A stretch of 64,000 bases of DNA, from assembly GCA_964016885.1 (NCBI GenBank), contig OZ024760.1, forward strand, positions 34,782,001 through 34,846,000. Direction: 5' to 3'. Below the pieces are notes generated by a model. That model had not been told where the DNA came from, did not search any database, and saw only the letters and a program-made list of their open reading frames with translations. This document shows, one piece after another, positions 24,675 through 40,232 of this stretch. How positions within the stretch are numbered: the stretch's first letter is position 1; each line of letters starts with the position of its first letter. A program made the translations under genes and the position numbers. The stretch is from Eledone cirrhosa. Taxonomy: Eukaryota.

Positions 24675-27405
24675 GTTATATTAAAAGGGTTATATCTAGA
24701 CTGTTTTGTCTGGTTGATATTACAAGGGTTATATCTACACTGTTTTGTCTGGTTGATATTAAAAGGGGTATATCTACACTGTTTTGTCTGGGTTATATTA
24801 AAAGGGTTATATATACACTGTTTTATCTGCGTTATATTAAAAGGGTTATATCTACACTGTTTTGTCTGGGTTTTATTAAAAGTGTTATATCGACACTGTT
24901 TTGTCTGGTTGATATTAAAAGGGTTATATCTATACGGTGTTGTCCTGGTTGATATTAAAAGGGTTATATCTACACTGTTTTTGTCTGGGTTATATTAAAA
25001 GGGTTATATCTACACTGTTTTGTCTGGGATATATTAAAAGAGTTATATCTACACTGTTTTGTCTGGGTTATATTGAAAGGGTTATATCTACACTGTTTTG
25101 TCTGGTTGATATTAAAAGGGTTATACCTACACTATTTTGTCTGGGTTATATCAAAAGGGTTATATCTATACTGTTTTGTCTCGTTGGTATTAAAATGGTT
25201 ATACCTACACTATTTTGTCTGGGTTATATCAAAAGGGTTATATCTACACTGTTTTGTCTGGGATATATTAAAAGAGTTATATCTACACTGTTTCGTCTGG
25301 ATTATATTTAAAGGGTTATATCTACACTGTTTTGTCCTGGTTGATATTAAAAGGGTTATATCTACACTGTTTTGTCTGGGTTATATTAAAAGGGTTATAT
25401 CTACACTGTTTTCTCTGGTTGATATTAAAAGGGTTATATCTACACTGTTTTCTGTGGGTTATATTAAAAGGGTTATATCTACACTGTTTTGTCTGGGTTA
25501 TATTAAAAGGGTTATATCTACACTGTTTTGTCTGGTTGATATTAAAAGGGTGATATCTACACTGTTTTGTCCCAGTTGATATTAAAAGAGTTATATCTAC
25601 ACTGTTTTTGTCTGGGTTATGTTAAAAGGGTTATATCTACACTGTTTTGTCCTGGTTGATATTCAAAGGGTTATATCTATACTGTTTTTATTTGGGTTAT
25701 ATTAAAAGGGTTATAGCTACACTGCTTTGTCCTGGTTGATATTAAAAGGGTTATATCTACACTGTTTTGTCTGGGTTATATTAAAAGGGTTATATCTACA
25801 CTGTTTTGTCTGGTTGATATTAAAAGAGTTATATCTATACTGTTTTGTCTGGGTTATATTAAAAGGGTTATATCTACAGTTTTGTCTAGGTTATATTAAA
25901 AGGGTTATATCTACACTGCTTTGTCTGGTTGGATATTAAAAGGGTTATATCTACACTGTTTTGTCCTGGTTGATATTAAAAGGGTTATATCTACACTATT
26001 TTTGTCTGGGTTATATTAAAAGTGTTATATCTACACTGTTTTGTATGGGTTATATTAAAAGGGTTATATCTACACTGTTTTGTCTGGGATATATTAAAAG
26101 GGTTATATCTACACTGTTTTGTCTGGGTTATATTGAAAGGGTTATATCTACACTGTTTTGTCTGGTTGATATTAAAAGGGTTATACCTACACTGTTTTGT
26201 CTGGGTTATATCAAAAGGGTTATATCTATACTGTTTTGTCTGGTTGGTATTAAAAGGGTTATTTCTACACTGTTTGGTCTGGGTTATATTTAAAGGGTTA
26301 TATCTACACTGTTTTGTCCTGGTTGATATTAAAAGGGTTATATCTACACTTTTTTTGTCTGGGTTATATTAAAAGGGTTATATCTACACTGTTTTGTCTG
26401 GTTGATATTAAAAGGGTTATATCTACACTGTTTTGTGTGGGTTATATTAAAAGGGTTATATCTACACTGTTTTGTCTGGGTTATATTAAAAGGGTTATAT
26501 CTACACTGTTTTGTCTGGTTGATATTAAAAGGGTTATATCTGCACTGTTTTGTCCCAGTTGATATTAAAAGGGTTATATCTACACTGTTTTTTTCTGGGT
26601 TATATTAAAAGGGTTATATCTACACTGTTTTGTCCTGGTTGATATTCAAAGGGTTATATCTATACTGTTTTTATTTGGGTTATATTAAAAGGGTTATAGC
26701 TACACTGCTTTGTCCTGGTTGATATTAAAAGGGTTATATCTACACTGTTTTGTCTGGGTTATATTAAAAGGGTTATATCTACACTGTTTTGTCTGGGTTA
26801 TATTAAAATGGTTATATCTACACTGTTTTGTATCGGTTATATTATAAGGGTTATATATACACTGTTTTGTCTGGTTGATATTAAAAGGGTTATATCTACA
26901 CTGTTTTGTCTGGGTTATATTAAAAGGGTTATATCTACACTGTTTTGTCTGGGTTATATTAAAAGGGTTATATCTACACTGTTTTGTCCTGGTTGATATT
27001 AAAAGGGTTATATCTACACTGTTTTTGTCTGGGTTATATTAAAAGGGTTATATCTACACTGTTTTGTCTGGGTTATATTAAAAGGCTTATATCTACACTG
27101 GTTTGTCCTGGTTGATATTAAAACGGTTATATCTACACTGTTTTGTCTGGGTTATATTAAAAGGGTTATATCTATACTGTTTTGTCCTGGTTGATATTAA
27201 AAGGGTTATATCTACACTGTTTTTGTCTGGGTTATATTGAAAGGGTTATATCTACACTGTTTTGTGTGGGTTATATTAAAAGGGTTATATCTACATTGTT
27301 TTGTCTGGGCTATATTAAAAGGGTTATATCTACACTGTTTTGTCTGGGTTATATTAAAAGGGTTATATCTACACTGTTTTTGTCTGGGTTATATTAAAAG
27401 TGTTA

Positions 27406-27593
27406 ATATAGCGGTGCATTAGCAGTATCAGTAGAGTCGGACACCATGCTTTGAAGCATAGAGTTACGTCCCTTTATGAAGTGAGTTCAAATTCCGCCGC
27501 GGTTAACTTTGCCTTTCATCCTTACGGGGTCGATAAAATAAAGTACCAGTAATGTACTGGCTAATTGCTGGCCTTGTGCCAAAAGTAGAAACA
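27406..27593 (+). mobile_element. SINE-like element subtype A, copy 10
   Basis: CCGCCGCGG variant; same junctions. Confidence 0.85.
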
Positions 27594-29521
27594 GTTATAT
27601 TAAAAGGGTTATATCTAGACTGTTTTGTCTGGTTGATATTACAAGGGTTATATCTACACTGTTTTGTCTGGGTTATATTAAAAGGCTTATATCTACACTG
27701 TGTTGTCTGGTTATATTAAAAGGGTTATATCTACACTGTTTTGTCTGGTTGATATTAAAAGGGGTATATCTACACTGTTTTGTCTGGGTTATATTAAAAG
27801 GGTTATATATACACTGTTTTATCTGCGTTATATTAAAAGGGTTATATCTACACTGTTTTATCTGGGTTTTATTAAAAGTGTTATATCGACACTGTTTTGT
27901 CTGGTTGATATTAAAAGGGTTATATCTACACTGTTTTGTCCTGGTTGATATTAAAAGGGTTATATCTACACTGTTTTTTCTGGGTTATATTAAAAGGGTT
28001 ATATCTATACGGTGTTGTCCTGGTTGATATTAAAAGGGTTATATCTACACTGTTTTTGTCTGGGTTATATTAAAAGGGTTATATCTACACTGTTTTGTCT
28101 GGTTGATATTAAAAGAGTTATATCTATACTGTTTTTGTCTGGGTTATATTAAAAGGGTTATATCTACACTGTTTTGTGTGGGTTATATCAAAAGGGTTAT
28201 ATCTACACTGTTTTGTGTGGGTTATATCAAAAGGGTTATATCTACACTGTTTTGTGTGGGTTATATTAAAAGGGTTATATCTACACTGTTTTGTCTGGGT
28301 TATATTAAAAGGGTTATATCTACACTGTTTTGTCTCGGTTATATCAAAAGGGTTATATCTATACTGTTTTGTCCGGGTTATATTAAAGGGGTTATATATA
28401 CACTGTTTTATCTGCGTTATTTTAAAAGGGTTATATCTACACTATTTTGTCTGGGTTTTATTAAAAGTGTTATATCGACTCTGTTTTGTCTGGTTGATAT
28501 TAAAAGGGTTATATCTACACTGTTTTGTCCTGGTTGATATTAAAAGGGTTATATCTACACTGTTTTGTCTGGGTTATATTAAAAGGGTTATATCTATACG
28601 GTTTTGTCCTGGTTGATATTAAAAGGGTTATATCTACACTGTTTTTGTCTGGGTTATATTACAAGAGTTATATCTACACTGTTTTGTCTGGTTGATATTA
28701 AAAGAGTTATATCTATACTGTTTTATCTGGGTTATATTAAAAGGGTTATATCTACAGTTTTGTCTAGGTTATATTAAAAGGGTTATATCTACACTGTTTT
28801 TGTCTGGGTTATATCAAAAGGGTTATATCTACACTGTTTTGTGTGGGTTATATTAAAAGGGTTATATCTACACTGTTTTGTCTGGTTTATATTAAAAGGG
28901 TTATATCTACACTGTTTTGTCTGGTTGATATTAAAAGGGCTATATCTACACTGTTTTTGTGTGGGTTATATTAAAAGGGTTATATCTACACTGTTTTGTT
29001 CTGGTTGATATTCAAACGGTTATATCTATACTGTTTTTATTTGGGTTATATTAAAAGGGTTATAGCTACACTGCTTTGTCCTGGTTGATATTAAAAGGGT
29101 TATATCTACACTGTTTTGTCAGGGTTATATCTACACTGTTTTGTCTGGGTTATATTAAAAGGGTTATATCTACACTGTTTTGTCAGGGTTATATTAAAAG
29201 GCTTATATCTACACTGGTTTGTCCTGGTTGATATTAAAACGGTTATATCTACACTGTTTTGTCTGGGTTATATTAAAAGGGTTATATCTATACTGTTTTG
29301 TCCTGGTTGATATTAAAAGGGTTATATCTACACTGTTTTTGTCTGGGTTATATTGAAAGGGTTATATCTACACTGTTTTGTGTGGGTTATATTAAAAGGC
29401 TTATATCTACATTGTTTTGTCTGGGCTATATTAAAAGGGTTATATCTACACTGTTTTGTCTGGGTTATATTAAAAGGGTTATATCTACACTGTTTTTGTC
29501 TGGGTTATATTAAAAGTGTTA

Positions 29522-29709
29522 ATATAGCGGTGCATTAGCAGTATCAGTTGAGTCGGACACCATGCTTTCAAGCATAGAGTTACGTCCCTTTATGAAGTGA
29601 GTTCAAATTCCGCCCCGGTTAACTTTGCCTTTCATCCTTACGGGGTCGATAAAATAAAGTACCACTAATGTACTGGCTAATTGCTGGCCTTGTGCCAAAA
29701 GTAGAAACA
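29522..29709 (+). mobile_element. SINE-like element subtype A, copy 11
   Basis: CAGTTGAG, TTTCAAGCAT and ACCACTAATG variants. Confidence 0.85.
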
Positions 29710-32382
29710 GTTATATTAAAAGGGTTATATCTAGACTGTTTTGTCTGGTTGATATTACAAGGGTTATATCTACACTGTTTTGTCTGGTTGATATTAAAAG
29801 GGGTATATCTACACTGTTTTGTCTGGGTTATATTAAAAGGGTTAAATATACACTGTTTTATCTGCGTTATATTAAAAGGGTTATATCGACACTGTTTTGT
29901 CTGGTTGATATTAAAAGGGTTATATCTACACTGTTTTGTCTGGGTTATATTAAAAGGGTTATATCTACACTGTTTTGTGTGGGTTATATCAAAAGGGTTA
30001 TATCTACACTGTTTTGTGTGGGTTATATCAAAAGGGTTATATCTACACTGTTTTGTGTGGGTTATATTAAAAGGGTTATATCTACACTGTTTTGTCTGGG
30101 TAATATTAAAAGGGTTATATCTACACTGTTTTGTCTCGGTTATATCAAAAGGGTTATATCTATACTGTTTTGTCCGGGTTATATTAAAGGGGTTATATAT
30201 ATACACTGTTTTATCTGCGTTATTTTAAAAGGGTTATATCTACACTATTTTGTCTGGGTTTTATTAAAAGTGTTATATCGACTCTGTTTTGTCTGGGTTA
30301 TATTAAAAGGGTTATATCTACACTGTTTTTGTCTGGTTGATATTAAAAGGGTTATATCTACACTGTTTTTGTCTGGGTTATATTAAAAGAGTTATATCTA
30401 TACTGTTTTATCTGGGTTATATTAAAAGGGTTATATCTACAGTTTTGTCTAGGTTATATTAAAAGGGTTATATCTACACTGTTTTTGTCTGGGTTATATC
30501 AAAAGGGTTATATCTACACTGTTTTGTGTGGGTTATATCAAAAGGGTTATATCTACACGGTTTTGTGTGGGTTATATTAAAAGGGTTATATCTACACTGT
30601 TTTGTCTGGTTTATATTAAAAGGGTTATATCTACACTGTTTTGTCTGGTTGATATTAAAAGGGCTATATCTACACTGTTTTGTCCTGGTTGATATTAAAA
30701 GGGTTATATCTACACTGTTTTGTCTGGGTTATATTAAAAGGGTTATATATATACGGTTTTGTCCTGGTTGATATTAAAAGGGTTATATCTACACTGTTTC
30801 GTCCTGGTTGATATTAAAAGGGTTATATCTACACTGTTTTTGTCTGGGTTATATTAAAAGGGTTATATCTACACTGTTTTGTATGGGTTATATTAAAAGG
30901 GTTATATCTACACTGTTTTGTCTGGGATATATTAAAAGGGTTATATCTACACTGTTTTGTCTGGTTGATATTAAAAGGGTTATATCTACACTGTTTTTGT
31001 CTGGGTTATATTGAAAGGGTTATATCTACACTGTTTTGGCTGGTTGATATTAAAAGGGTTATACCTACACTGTTTTGTCTGGGTTATATCAAAAGGGTTA
31101 TATCTACACTGTTTTGTCTGGTTGATATTAAAAGGGTTATATCTACACTGTTTTTGTCTGGGTTATATTAAAAGGGTTATATCTACACTGTTTTGTCAGG
31201 GTTATATCTACACTGTTTTGTCTGGGTTATATTAAAAGGGTTATATCTACACTGGTTTGTCCTGGTTGATATTAAAAGGGTTATATCTACACTGTTTTGT
31301 CTGGGTTATATTAAAAGGGTTATATCAACACTGATTCGTCTGGGTTATATTAAAAGGGTTATATCTATACGGTTTGGTCCTGGTTGATATTAAAAGGGTT
31401 ATATCTACACTGTTTTTGTCTGGGTTATATTAAAAGGGTTATATCTACACTGTTTTGTCTGGTTGATATTAAAAGGGTTATATCTACACTGTTTTGTCTG
31501 GGTTATATTAAAAGGGTTATATCAACACTGATTCGTCTGGGTTATATTAAAAGGGGTATATCTACACTGCTTTGTCTGGGTTATATTAAAAGGGTTATAT
31601 CTACACTGTTTGGTCTGGTTGATATTAAAAGAGTTATATCTATACTGTTTTGTCTGGGTTATATTAAAAGGGTTATATCTACAGTTTTGTCTAGGTTATA
31701 TTAAAAGGGTTATATCTACACTGCTTTGTCTGGTTGGATATTAAAAGGGTTATATCTACACTGTTTTGTCCTGGTTGATATTAAAAGGCTTATATCTACA
31801 CTGTTTTTGTCTGGGTTATATTAAAAGGGTTATATCCACACTGTTTTGTCTGGGATATATTAAAAGGGTTATATCTACACTCTTTTGTCTGGGTTATATT
31901 GAAAGGGTTATATCTACACTGTTTTGTCTGGTTGATATTAAAAGGGTTATACCTACACTGTTTTGTCTGGGTTATATCAAAAGGGTTATATCTATACTGT
32001 TTTGTCTGGTTGGTATTAAAAAGGTTATATCTACACTGTTTGGTCTGGGTTATATTTAAAGGGTTATATCTACACTGTTTTGTCATGGTTGATATTAAAA
32101 GGGTTATATCTACACTGTTTTGTCTGGGTTATATTAAAAGGGTTATATCTATACTGTTTTGTCCTGGTTGATATTAAAAGGGTTATATCTACACTGTTTT
32201 TGTCTGGGTTATATTGAAAGGGTTATATCTACACTGTTTTGTGTGGGTTATATTAAAAGGCTTATATCTACATTGTTTTGTCTGGGCTATATTAAAAGGG
32301 TTATATCTACACTGTTTTGTCTGGGTTATATTAAAAGGGTTATATCTACACTGTTTTTGTCTGGGTTATATTAAAAGTGTTA

Positions 32383-32570
32383 ATATAGCGGTGCATTAGC
32401 AGTATCAGTTGAGTCGGACACCATGCTTTCAAGCATAGAGTTACGTCCCTTTATGAAGTGAGTTCAAATTCCGCCCCGGTTAACTTTGCCTTTCATCCTT
32501 ACGGGGTCGATAAAATAAAGTACCACTAATGTACTGGCTAATTGCTGGCCTTGTGCCAAAAGTAGAAACA
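32383..32570 (+). mobile_element. SINE-like element subtype A, copy 12
   Basis: Same as copy 11, 2861 bp downstream. Confidence 0.85.
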
Positions 32571-33581
32571 GTTATATTAAAAGGGTTATATCTAGACTGT
32601 TTTGTCTGGTTGATATTACAAGGGTTATATCTACACTGTTTTGTCTGGTTGATATTAAAAGGGGTATATCTACACTGTTTTGTCTGGGTTATATTAAAAG
32701 GGTTATATATACACTGTTTTATCTGCGTTATATTAAAAGGGTTATATCGACACTGTTTTGTCTGGTTGATATTAAAAGGGTTATATCTACACTGTTTTGT
32801 CTGGGTTATATTAAAAGGGTTATATCTACACTGTTTTGTGTGGGTTATATCAAAAGGGTTATATCTACACTGTTTTGTGTGGGTTATATCAAAAGGGTTA
32901 TATCTACACTGTTTTGTGTGGGTTATATTAAAAGGGTTATATCTACACTGTTTTGTCTGGGTAATATTAAAAGGGTTATATCTACACTGTTTTGTCTCGG
33001 TTATATCAAAAGGGTTATATCTATACTGTTTTGTCCGGGTTATATTAAAGGGGTTATATATATACACTGTTTTATCTGCGTTATTTTAAAAGGGTTATAT
33101 CTACACTATTTTGTCTGGGTTTTATTAAAAGTGTTATATCGACTCTGTTTTGTCTGGGTTATATTAAAAGGGTTATATCTACACTGTTTTTGTCTGGTTG
33201 ATATTAAAAGGGTTATATCTACACTGTTTTTGTCTGGGTTATATTAAAAGAGTTATATCTATACTGTTTTATCTGGGTTATATTAAAAGGGTTATATCTA
33301 CAGTTTTGTCTAGGTTATATTAAAAGGGTTATATCTACACTGTTTTTGTCTGGGTTATATCAAAAGGGTTATATCTACACTGTTTTGTGTGGGTTATATC
33401 AAAAGGGTTATATCTACACGGTTTTGTGTGGGTTATATTAAAAGGGTTATATCTACACTGTTTTGTCTGGTTTATATTAAAAGGGTTATATCTACACTGT
33501 TTTGTCTGGTTGATATTAAAAGGGCTATATCTACACTGTTTTGTCCTGGTTGATATTAAAAGGGTTATATCTACACTGTTT

Positions 33582-36500
33582 TGTCTGGGTTATATTAAAA
33601 GGGTTATATATATACGGTTTTGTCCTGGTTGATATTAAAAGGGTTATATCTACACTGTTTCGTCCTGGTTGATATTAAAAGGGTTATATCTACACTGTTT
33701 TTGTCTGGGTTATATTAAAAGGGTTATATCTACACTGTTTTGTATGGGTTATATTAAAAGGGTTATATCTACACTGTTTTGTCTGGGATATATTAAAAGG
33801 GTTATATCTACACTGTTTTGTCTGGTTGATATTAAAAGGGTTATATCTACACTGTTTTTGTCTGGGTTATATTGAAAGGGTTATATCTACACTGTTTTGG
33901 CTGGTTGATATTAAAAGGGTTATACCTACACTGTTTTGTCTGGGTTATATCAAAAGGGTTATATCTACACTGTTTTGTCTGGTTGATATTAAAAGGGTTA
34001 TATCTACACTGTTTTTGTCTGGGTTATATTAAAAGGGTTATATCTACACTGTTTTGTCAGGGTTATATCTACACTGTTTTGTCTGGGTTATATTAAAAGG
34101 GTTATATCTACACTGGTTTGTCCTGGTTGATATTAAAAGGGTTATATCTACACTGTTTTGTCTGGGTTATATTAAAAGGGTTATATCAACACTGATTCGT
34201 CTGGGTTATATTAAAAGGGTTATATCTATACGGTTTGGTCCTGGTTGATATTAAAAGGGTTATATCTACACTGTTTTTGTCTGGGTTATATTAAAAGGGT
34301 TATATCTACACTGTTTTGTCTGGTTGATATTAAAAGGGTTATATCTACACTGTTTTGTCTGGGTTATATTAAAAGGGTTATATCAACACTGATTCGTCTG
34401 GGTTATATTAAAAGGGGTATATCTACACTGCTTTGTCTGGGTTATATTAAAAGGGTTATATCTACACTGTTTGGTCTGGTTGATATTAAAAGAGTTATAT
34501 CTATACTGTTTTGTCTGGGTTATATTAAAAGGGTTATATCTACAGTTTTGTCTAGGTTATATTAAAAGGGTTATATCTACACTGCTTTGTCTGGTTGGAT
34601 ATTAAAAGGGTTATATCTACACTGTTTTGTCCTGGTTGATATTAAAAGGCTTATATCTACACTGTTTTTGTCTGGGTTATATTAAAAGGGTTATATCCAC
34701 ACTGTTTTGTCTGGGATATATTAAAAGGGTTATATCTACACTCTTTTGTCTGGGTTATATTGAAAGGGTTATATCTACACTGTTTTGTCTGGTTGATATT
34801 AAAAGGGTTATACCTACACTGTTTTGTCTGGGTTATATCAAAAGGGTTATATCTATACTGTTTTGTCTGGTTGGTATTAAAAAGGTTATATCTACACTGT
34901 TTGGTCTGGGTTATATTTAAAGGGTTATATCTACACTGTTTTGTCATGGTTGATATTAAAAGGGTTATATCTACACTGTTTTGTCTGGGTTATATTAAAA
35001 GGGTTATATTTACACTGTTTTGTCTGGTTGATATTAAAAGGGTTATATCTACACTGTTTTTGTCTGGGTTATATTAAAAGGGTTATATCTACACTGTTTT
35101 GTCCTGGTTGGTATTCAAAGGGTTATATCTACACTGTTTATTCTGGGTTATATCTACACTGTTTTGTCTGGGTTATATGAAAAGGGTTATATCTACACTG
35201 GTTTGTCCTGGTTGATATTAAAATGGTTATATCTACACTGTTTTGTCTAGGTTATATTAAAAGGGTTATATCTACACTATTTTGTGTGGTTTATATTAAG
35301 AGGGTTATATCTACATTGTTTTGTCTGGGTTATATTAAAAGGGTTATATCTACACTGTTTTGTCTGGGTTATATTAAAAGGGTTATACCTACACTGTTTT
35401 GTCTGGGTTATATCAAAAGGGTAATATCTTTACTGTTTTGTCTGGTTGGTATTAAAAGGGTTATATCTACACTGTTTTGTCCTGGTTGATATTAAAAGGG
35501 TTATATCTACACTGTTTTGTCTGGGTTATATCAAAAGGGTTATATATTTACTGTTTTGTCTGGTTGGTATTAAAAGGATTATATCTACGCTGTTTTGTCT
35601 GGGTTATATTAAAAGGGTTATATCTACACTGTGTTGTCTGGGTTATATTAAAAGGGTTATATCTACACTGTTTTATCTGCGTTATATTAAAAGGGTTATA
35701 TCTACACTGTTTTGTCTGGGTCATATTAAAAGTGTTATATCTACACTGTTTTGTCTAGTTGATATTAAAAGGGTTATATCTACACTGTTTTTGTCTGGGT
35801 TATATTAAAAGGGTTATATATATACGGTTTTGTCCTGGTTGATATTAAAAGGGTTATATCTACACTGTTTTGTCCTGGTTGATATTAAAAGGGTTATATC
35901 TACACTGTTTTTGTCTGGGTTATATTAAAAGGGTTATATCTACACTGTTTTGTATGGGTTATATTAAAAGGGTTATATCTACACTGTTTTGTCTGGGATA
36001 TATTAAAAGGGTTATATCTACACTGTTTTGTCTGGTTGATATTAAAAGGGTTATATCTACACTGTTTTTGTCTGGGTTATATTGAAAGGGTTATATCTAC
36101 ACTGTTTTGGCTGGTTGATATTAAAAGGGTTATACCTACACTGTTTTGTCTGGGTTATATCAAAAGGGTTATATCTACACTGTTTTGTCTGGTTGATATT
36201 AAAAGGGTTATATCTACACTGTTTTTGTCTGGGTTATATTAAAAGGGTTATATCTACACTGTTTTGTCAGGGTTATATCTACACTGTTTTGTCTGGGTTA
36301 TATTAAAAGGGTTATATCTACACTGGTTTGTCCTGGTTGATATTAAAAGGGTTATATCTACACTGTTTTGTCTGGGTTATATTAAAAGGGTTATATCAAC
36401 ACTGATTCGTCTGGGTTATATTAAAAGGGTTATATCTATACGGTTTGGTCCTGGTTGATATTAAAAGGGTTATATCTACACTGTTTTTGTCTGGGTTATA

Positions 36501-39500
36501 TTAAAAGGGTTATATCTACACTGTTTTGTCTGGTTGATATTAAAAGGGTTATATCTACACTGTTTTGTCTGGGTTATATTAAAAGGGTTATATCAACACT
36601 GATTCGTCTGGGTTATATTAAAAGGGGTATATCTACACTGCTTTGTCTGGGTTATATTAAAAGGGTTATATCTACACTGTTTGGTCTGGTTGATATTAAA
36701 AGAGTTATATCTATACTGTTTTGTCTGGGTTATATTAAAAGGGTTATATCTACAGTTTTGTCTAGGTTATATTAAAAGGGTTATATCTACACTGCTTTGT
36801 CTGGTTGGATATTAAAAGGGTTATATCTACACTGTTTTGTCCTGGTTGATATTAAAAGGCTTATATCTACACTGTTTTTGTCTGGGTTATATTAAAAGGG
36901 TTATATCCACACTGTTTTGTCTGGGATATATTAAAAGGGTTATATCTACACTCTTTTGTCTGGGTTATATTGAAAGGGTTATATCTACACTGTTTTGTCT
37001 GGTTGATATTAAAAGGATTATACCTACACTGTTTTGTCTGGGTTATATCAAAAGGGTTATATCTATACTGTTTTGTCTGGTTGGTATTAAAAAGGTTATA
37101 TCTACACTGTTTGGTCTGGGTTATATTTAAAGGGTTATATCTACACTGTTTTGTCATGGTTGATATTAAAAGGGTTATATCTACACTGTTTTGTCTGGGT
37201 TATATTAAAAGGGTTATATTTACACTGTTTTGTCTGGTTGATATTAAAAGGGTTATATCTACACTGTTTTTGTCTGGGTTATATTAAAAGGGTTATATCT
37301 ACACTGTTTTGTCCTGGTTGGTATTCAAAGGGTTATATCTACACTGTTTATTCTGGGTTATATCTACACTGTTTTGTCTGGGTTATATGAAAAGGGTTAT
37401 ATCTACACTGGTTTGTCCTGGTTGATATTAAAATGGTTATATCTACACTGTTTTGTCTAGGTTATATTAAAAGGGTTATATCTACACTATTTTGTGTGGT
37501 TTATATTAAGAGGGTTATATCTACATTGTTTTGTCTGGGTTATATTAAAAGGGTTATATCTACACTGTTTTGTCTGGGTTATATTAAAAGGGTTATACCT
37601 ACACTGTTTTGTCTGGGTTATATCAAAAGGGTAATATCTTTACTGTTTTGTCTGGTTGGTATTAAAAGGGTTATATCTACACTGTTTTGTCCTGGTTGAT
37701 ATTAAAAGGGTTATATCTACACTGTTTTGTCTGGGTTATATCAAAAGGGTTATATATTTACTGTTTTGTCTGGTTGGTATTAAAAGGATTATATCTACGC
37801 TGTTTTGTCTGGGTTATATTAAAAGGGTTATATCTACACTGTGTTGTCTGGGTTATATTAAAAGGGTTATATCTACACTGTTTTATCTGCGTTATATTAA
37901 AAGGGTTATATCTACACTGTTTTGTCTGGGTCATATTAAAAGTGTTATATCTACACTGTTTTGTCTAGTTGATATTAAAAGGGTTATATCTACACTGTTT
38001 TTGTCTGGGTTATATTAAAAGGGTTATATATATACGGTTTTGTCCTGGTTGATATTAAAAGGGTTATATCTACACTGTTTTGTCCTGGTTGATATTAAAA
38101 GGGTTATATCTACACTGTTTTTGTCTGGGTTATATTAAAAGGGTTATATCTACACTGTTTTGTATGGGTTATATTAAAAGGGTTATATCTACACTGTTTT
38201 GTCTGGGATATATTAAAAGGGTTATATCTACACTGTTTTGTCTGGTTGATATTAAAAGGGTTATATCTACACTGTTTTTGTCTGGGTTATATTGAAAGGG
38301 TTATATCTACACTGTTTTGGCTGGTTGATATTAAAAGGGTTATACCTACACTGTTTTGTCTGGGTTATATCAAAAGGGTTATATCTACACTGTTTTGTCT
38401 GGTTGATATTAAAAGGGTTATATCTACACTGTTTTTGTCTGGGTTATATTAAAAGGGTTATATCTACACTGTTTTGTCAGGGTTATATCTACACTGTTTT
38501 GTCTGGGTTATATTAAAAGGGTTATATCTACACTGGTTTGTCCTGGTTGATATTAAAAGGGTTATATCTACACTGTTTTGTCTGGGTTATATTAAAAGGG
38601 TTATATCAACACTGATTCGTCTGGGTTATATTAAAAGGGTTATATCTATACGGTTTGGTCCTGGTTGATATTAAAAGGGTTATATCTACACTGTTTTTGT
38701 CTGGGTTATATTAAAAGGGTTATATCTACACTGTTTTGTCTGGTTGATATTAAAAGGGTTATATCTACACTGTTTTGTCTGGGTTATATTAAAAGGGTTA
38801 TATCAACACTGATTCGTCTGGGTTATATTAAAAGGGGTATATCTACACTGCTTTGTCTGGGTTATATTAAAAGGGTTATATCTACACTGTTTGGTCTGGT
38901 TGATATTAAAAGAGTTATATCTATACTGTTTTGTCTGGGTTATATTAAAAGGGTTATATCTACAGTTTTGTCTAGGTTATATTAAAAGGGTTATATCTAC
39001 ACTGCTTTGTCTGGTTGGATATTAAAAGGGTTATATCTACACTGTTTTGTCCTGGTTGATATTAAAAGGCTTATATCTACACTGTTTTTGTCTGGGTTAT
39101 ATTAAAAGGGTTATATCCACACTGTTTTGTCTGGGATATATTAAAAGGGTTATATCTACACTCTTTTGTCTGGGTTATATTGAAAGGGTTATATCTACAC
39201 TGTTTTGTCTGGTTGATATTAAAAGGGTTATACCTACACTGTTTTGTCTGGGTTATATCAAAAGGGTTATATCTATACTGTTTTGTCTGGTTGGTATTAA
39301 AAAGGTTATATCTACACTGTTTGGTCTGGGTTATATTTAAAGGGTTATATCTACACTGTTTTGTCATGGTTGATATTAAAAGGGTTATATCTACACTGTT
39401 TTGTCTGGGTTATATTAAAAGGGTTATATTTACACTGTTTTGTCTGGTTGATATTAAAAGGGTTATATCTACACTGTTTTTGTCTGGGTTATATTAAAAG

Positions 39501-40232
39501 GGTTATATCTACACTGTTTTGTCCTGGTTGGTATTCAAAGGGTTATATCTACACTGTTTATTCTGGGTTATATCTACACTGTTTTGTCTGGGTTATATGA
39601 AAAGGGTTATATCTACACTGGTTTGTCCTGGTTGATATTAAAATGGTTATATCTACACTGTTTTGTCTAGGTTATATTAAAAGGGTTATATCTACACTAT
39701 TTTGTGTGGTTTATATTAAGAGGGTTATATCTACATTGTTTTGTCTGGGTTATATTAAAAGGGTTATATCTACACTGTTTTGTCTGGGTTATATTAAAAG
39801 GGTTATACCTACACTGTTTTGTCTGGGTTATATCAAAAGGGTAATATCTTTACTGTTTTGTCTGGTTGGTATTAAAAGGGTTATATCTACACTGTTTTGT
39901 CCTGGTTGATATTAAAAGGGTTATATCTACACTGTTTTGTCTGGGTTATATCAAAAGGGTTATATATTTACTGTTTTGTCTGGTTGGTATTAAAAGGATT
40001 ATATCTACGCTGTTTTGTCTGGGTTATATTAAAAGGGTTATATCTACACTGTGTTGTCTGGGTTATATTAAAAGGGTTATATCTACACTGTTTTATCTGC
40101 GTTATATTAAAAGGGTTATATCTACACTGTTTTGTCTGGGTCATATTAAAAGTGTTATATCTACACTGTTTTGTCTAGTTGATATTAAAAGGGTTATATC
40201 TACACTGTTTTTGTCTGGGTTATATTAAAAGG
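33582..40232 (+). repeat. SINE-free higher-order repeat, period 2210 bp, three copies
   Basis: Constant offset 34627/36837/39047 and 35477/37687/39897; only isolated differences seen (e.g. 33661, 37017). Confidence 0.9.

Larger units (their letters stand above)
16900..29150 (+). repeat. Nested higher-order duplications (offsets 5454, 2919 and 8373/7824; internal 549-bp tandem duplication)
   Basis: Matching variant strings at 16959/22413/25332, 18809/24263/27182, 19288/19837 and 20279/28103; boundaries approximate. Confidence 0.8.
29245..35005 (+). repeat. Higher-order tandem duplication, period 2861 bp (two copies, one SINE each)
   Basis: Constant offset 29298/32159, 29668/32529, 31766/34627; boundaries approximate. 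Confidence 0.9.

Noticed and set aside
29619-30206. 195-aa minus-strand ORF crossing the SINE
   Set aside because: It is a run of in-frame 39-mers read antisense. Its second copy is explained by the 2861-bp duplication.
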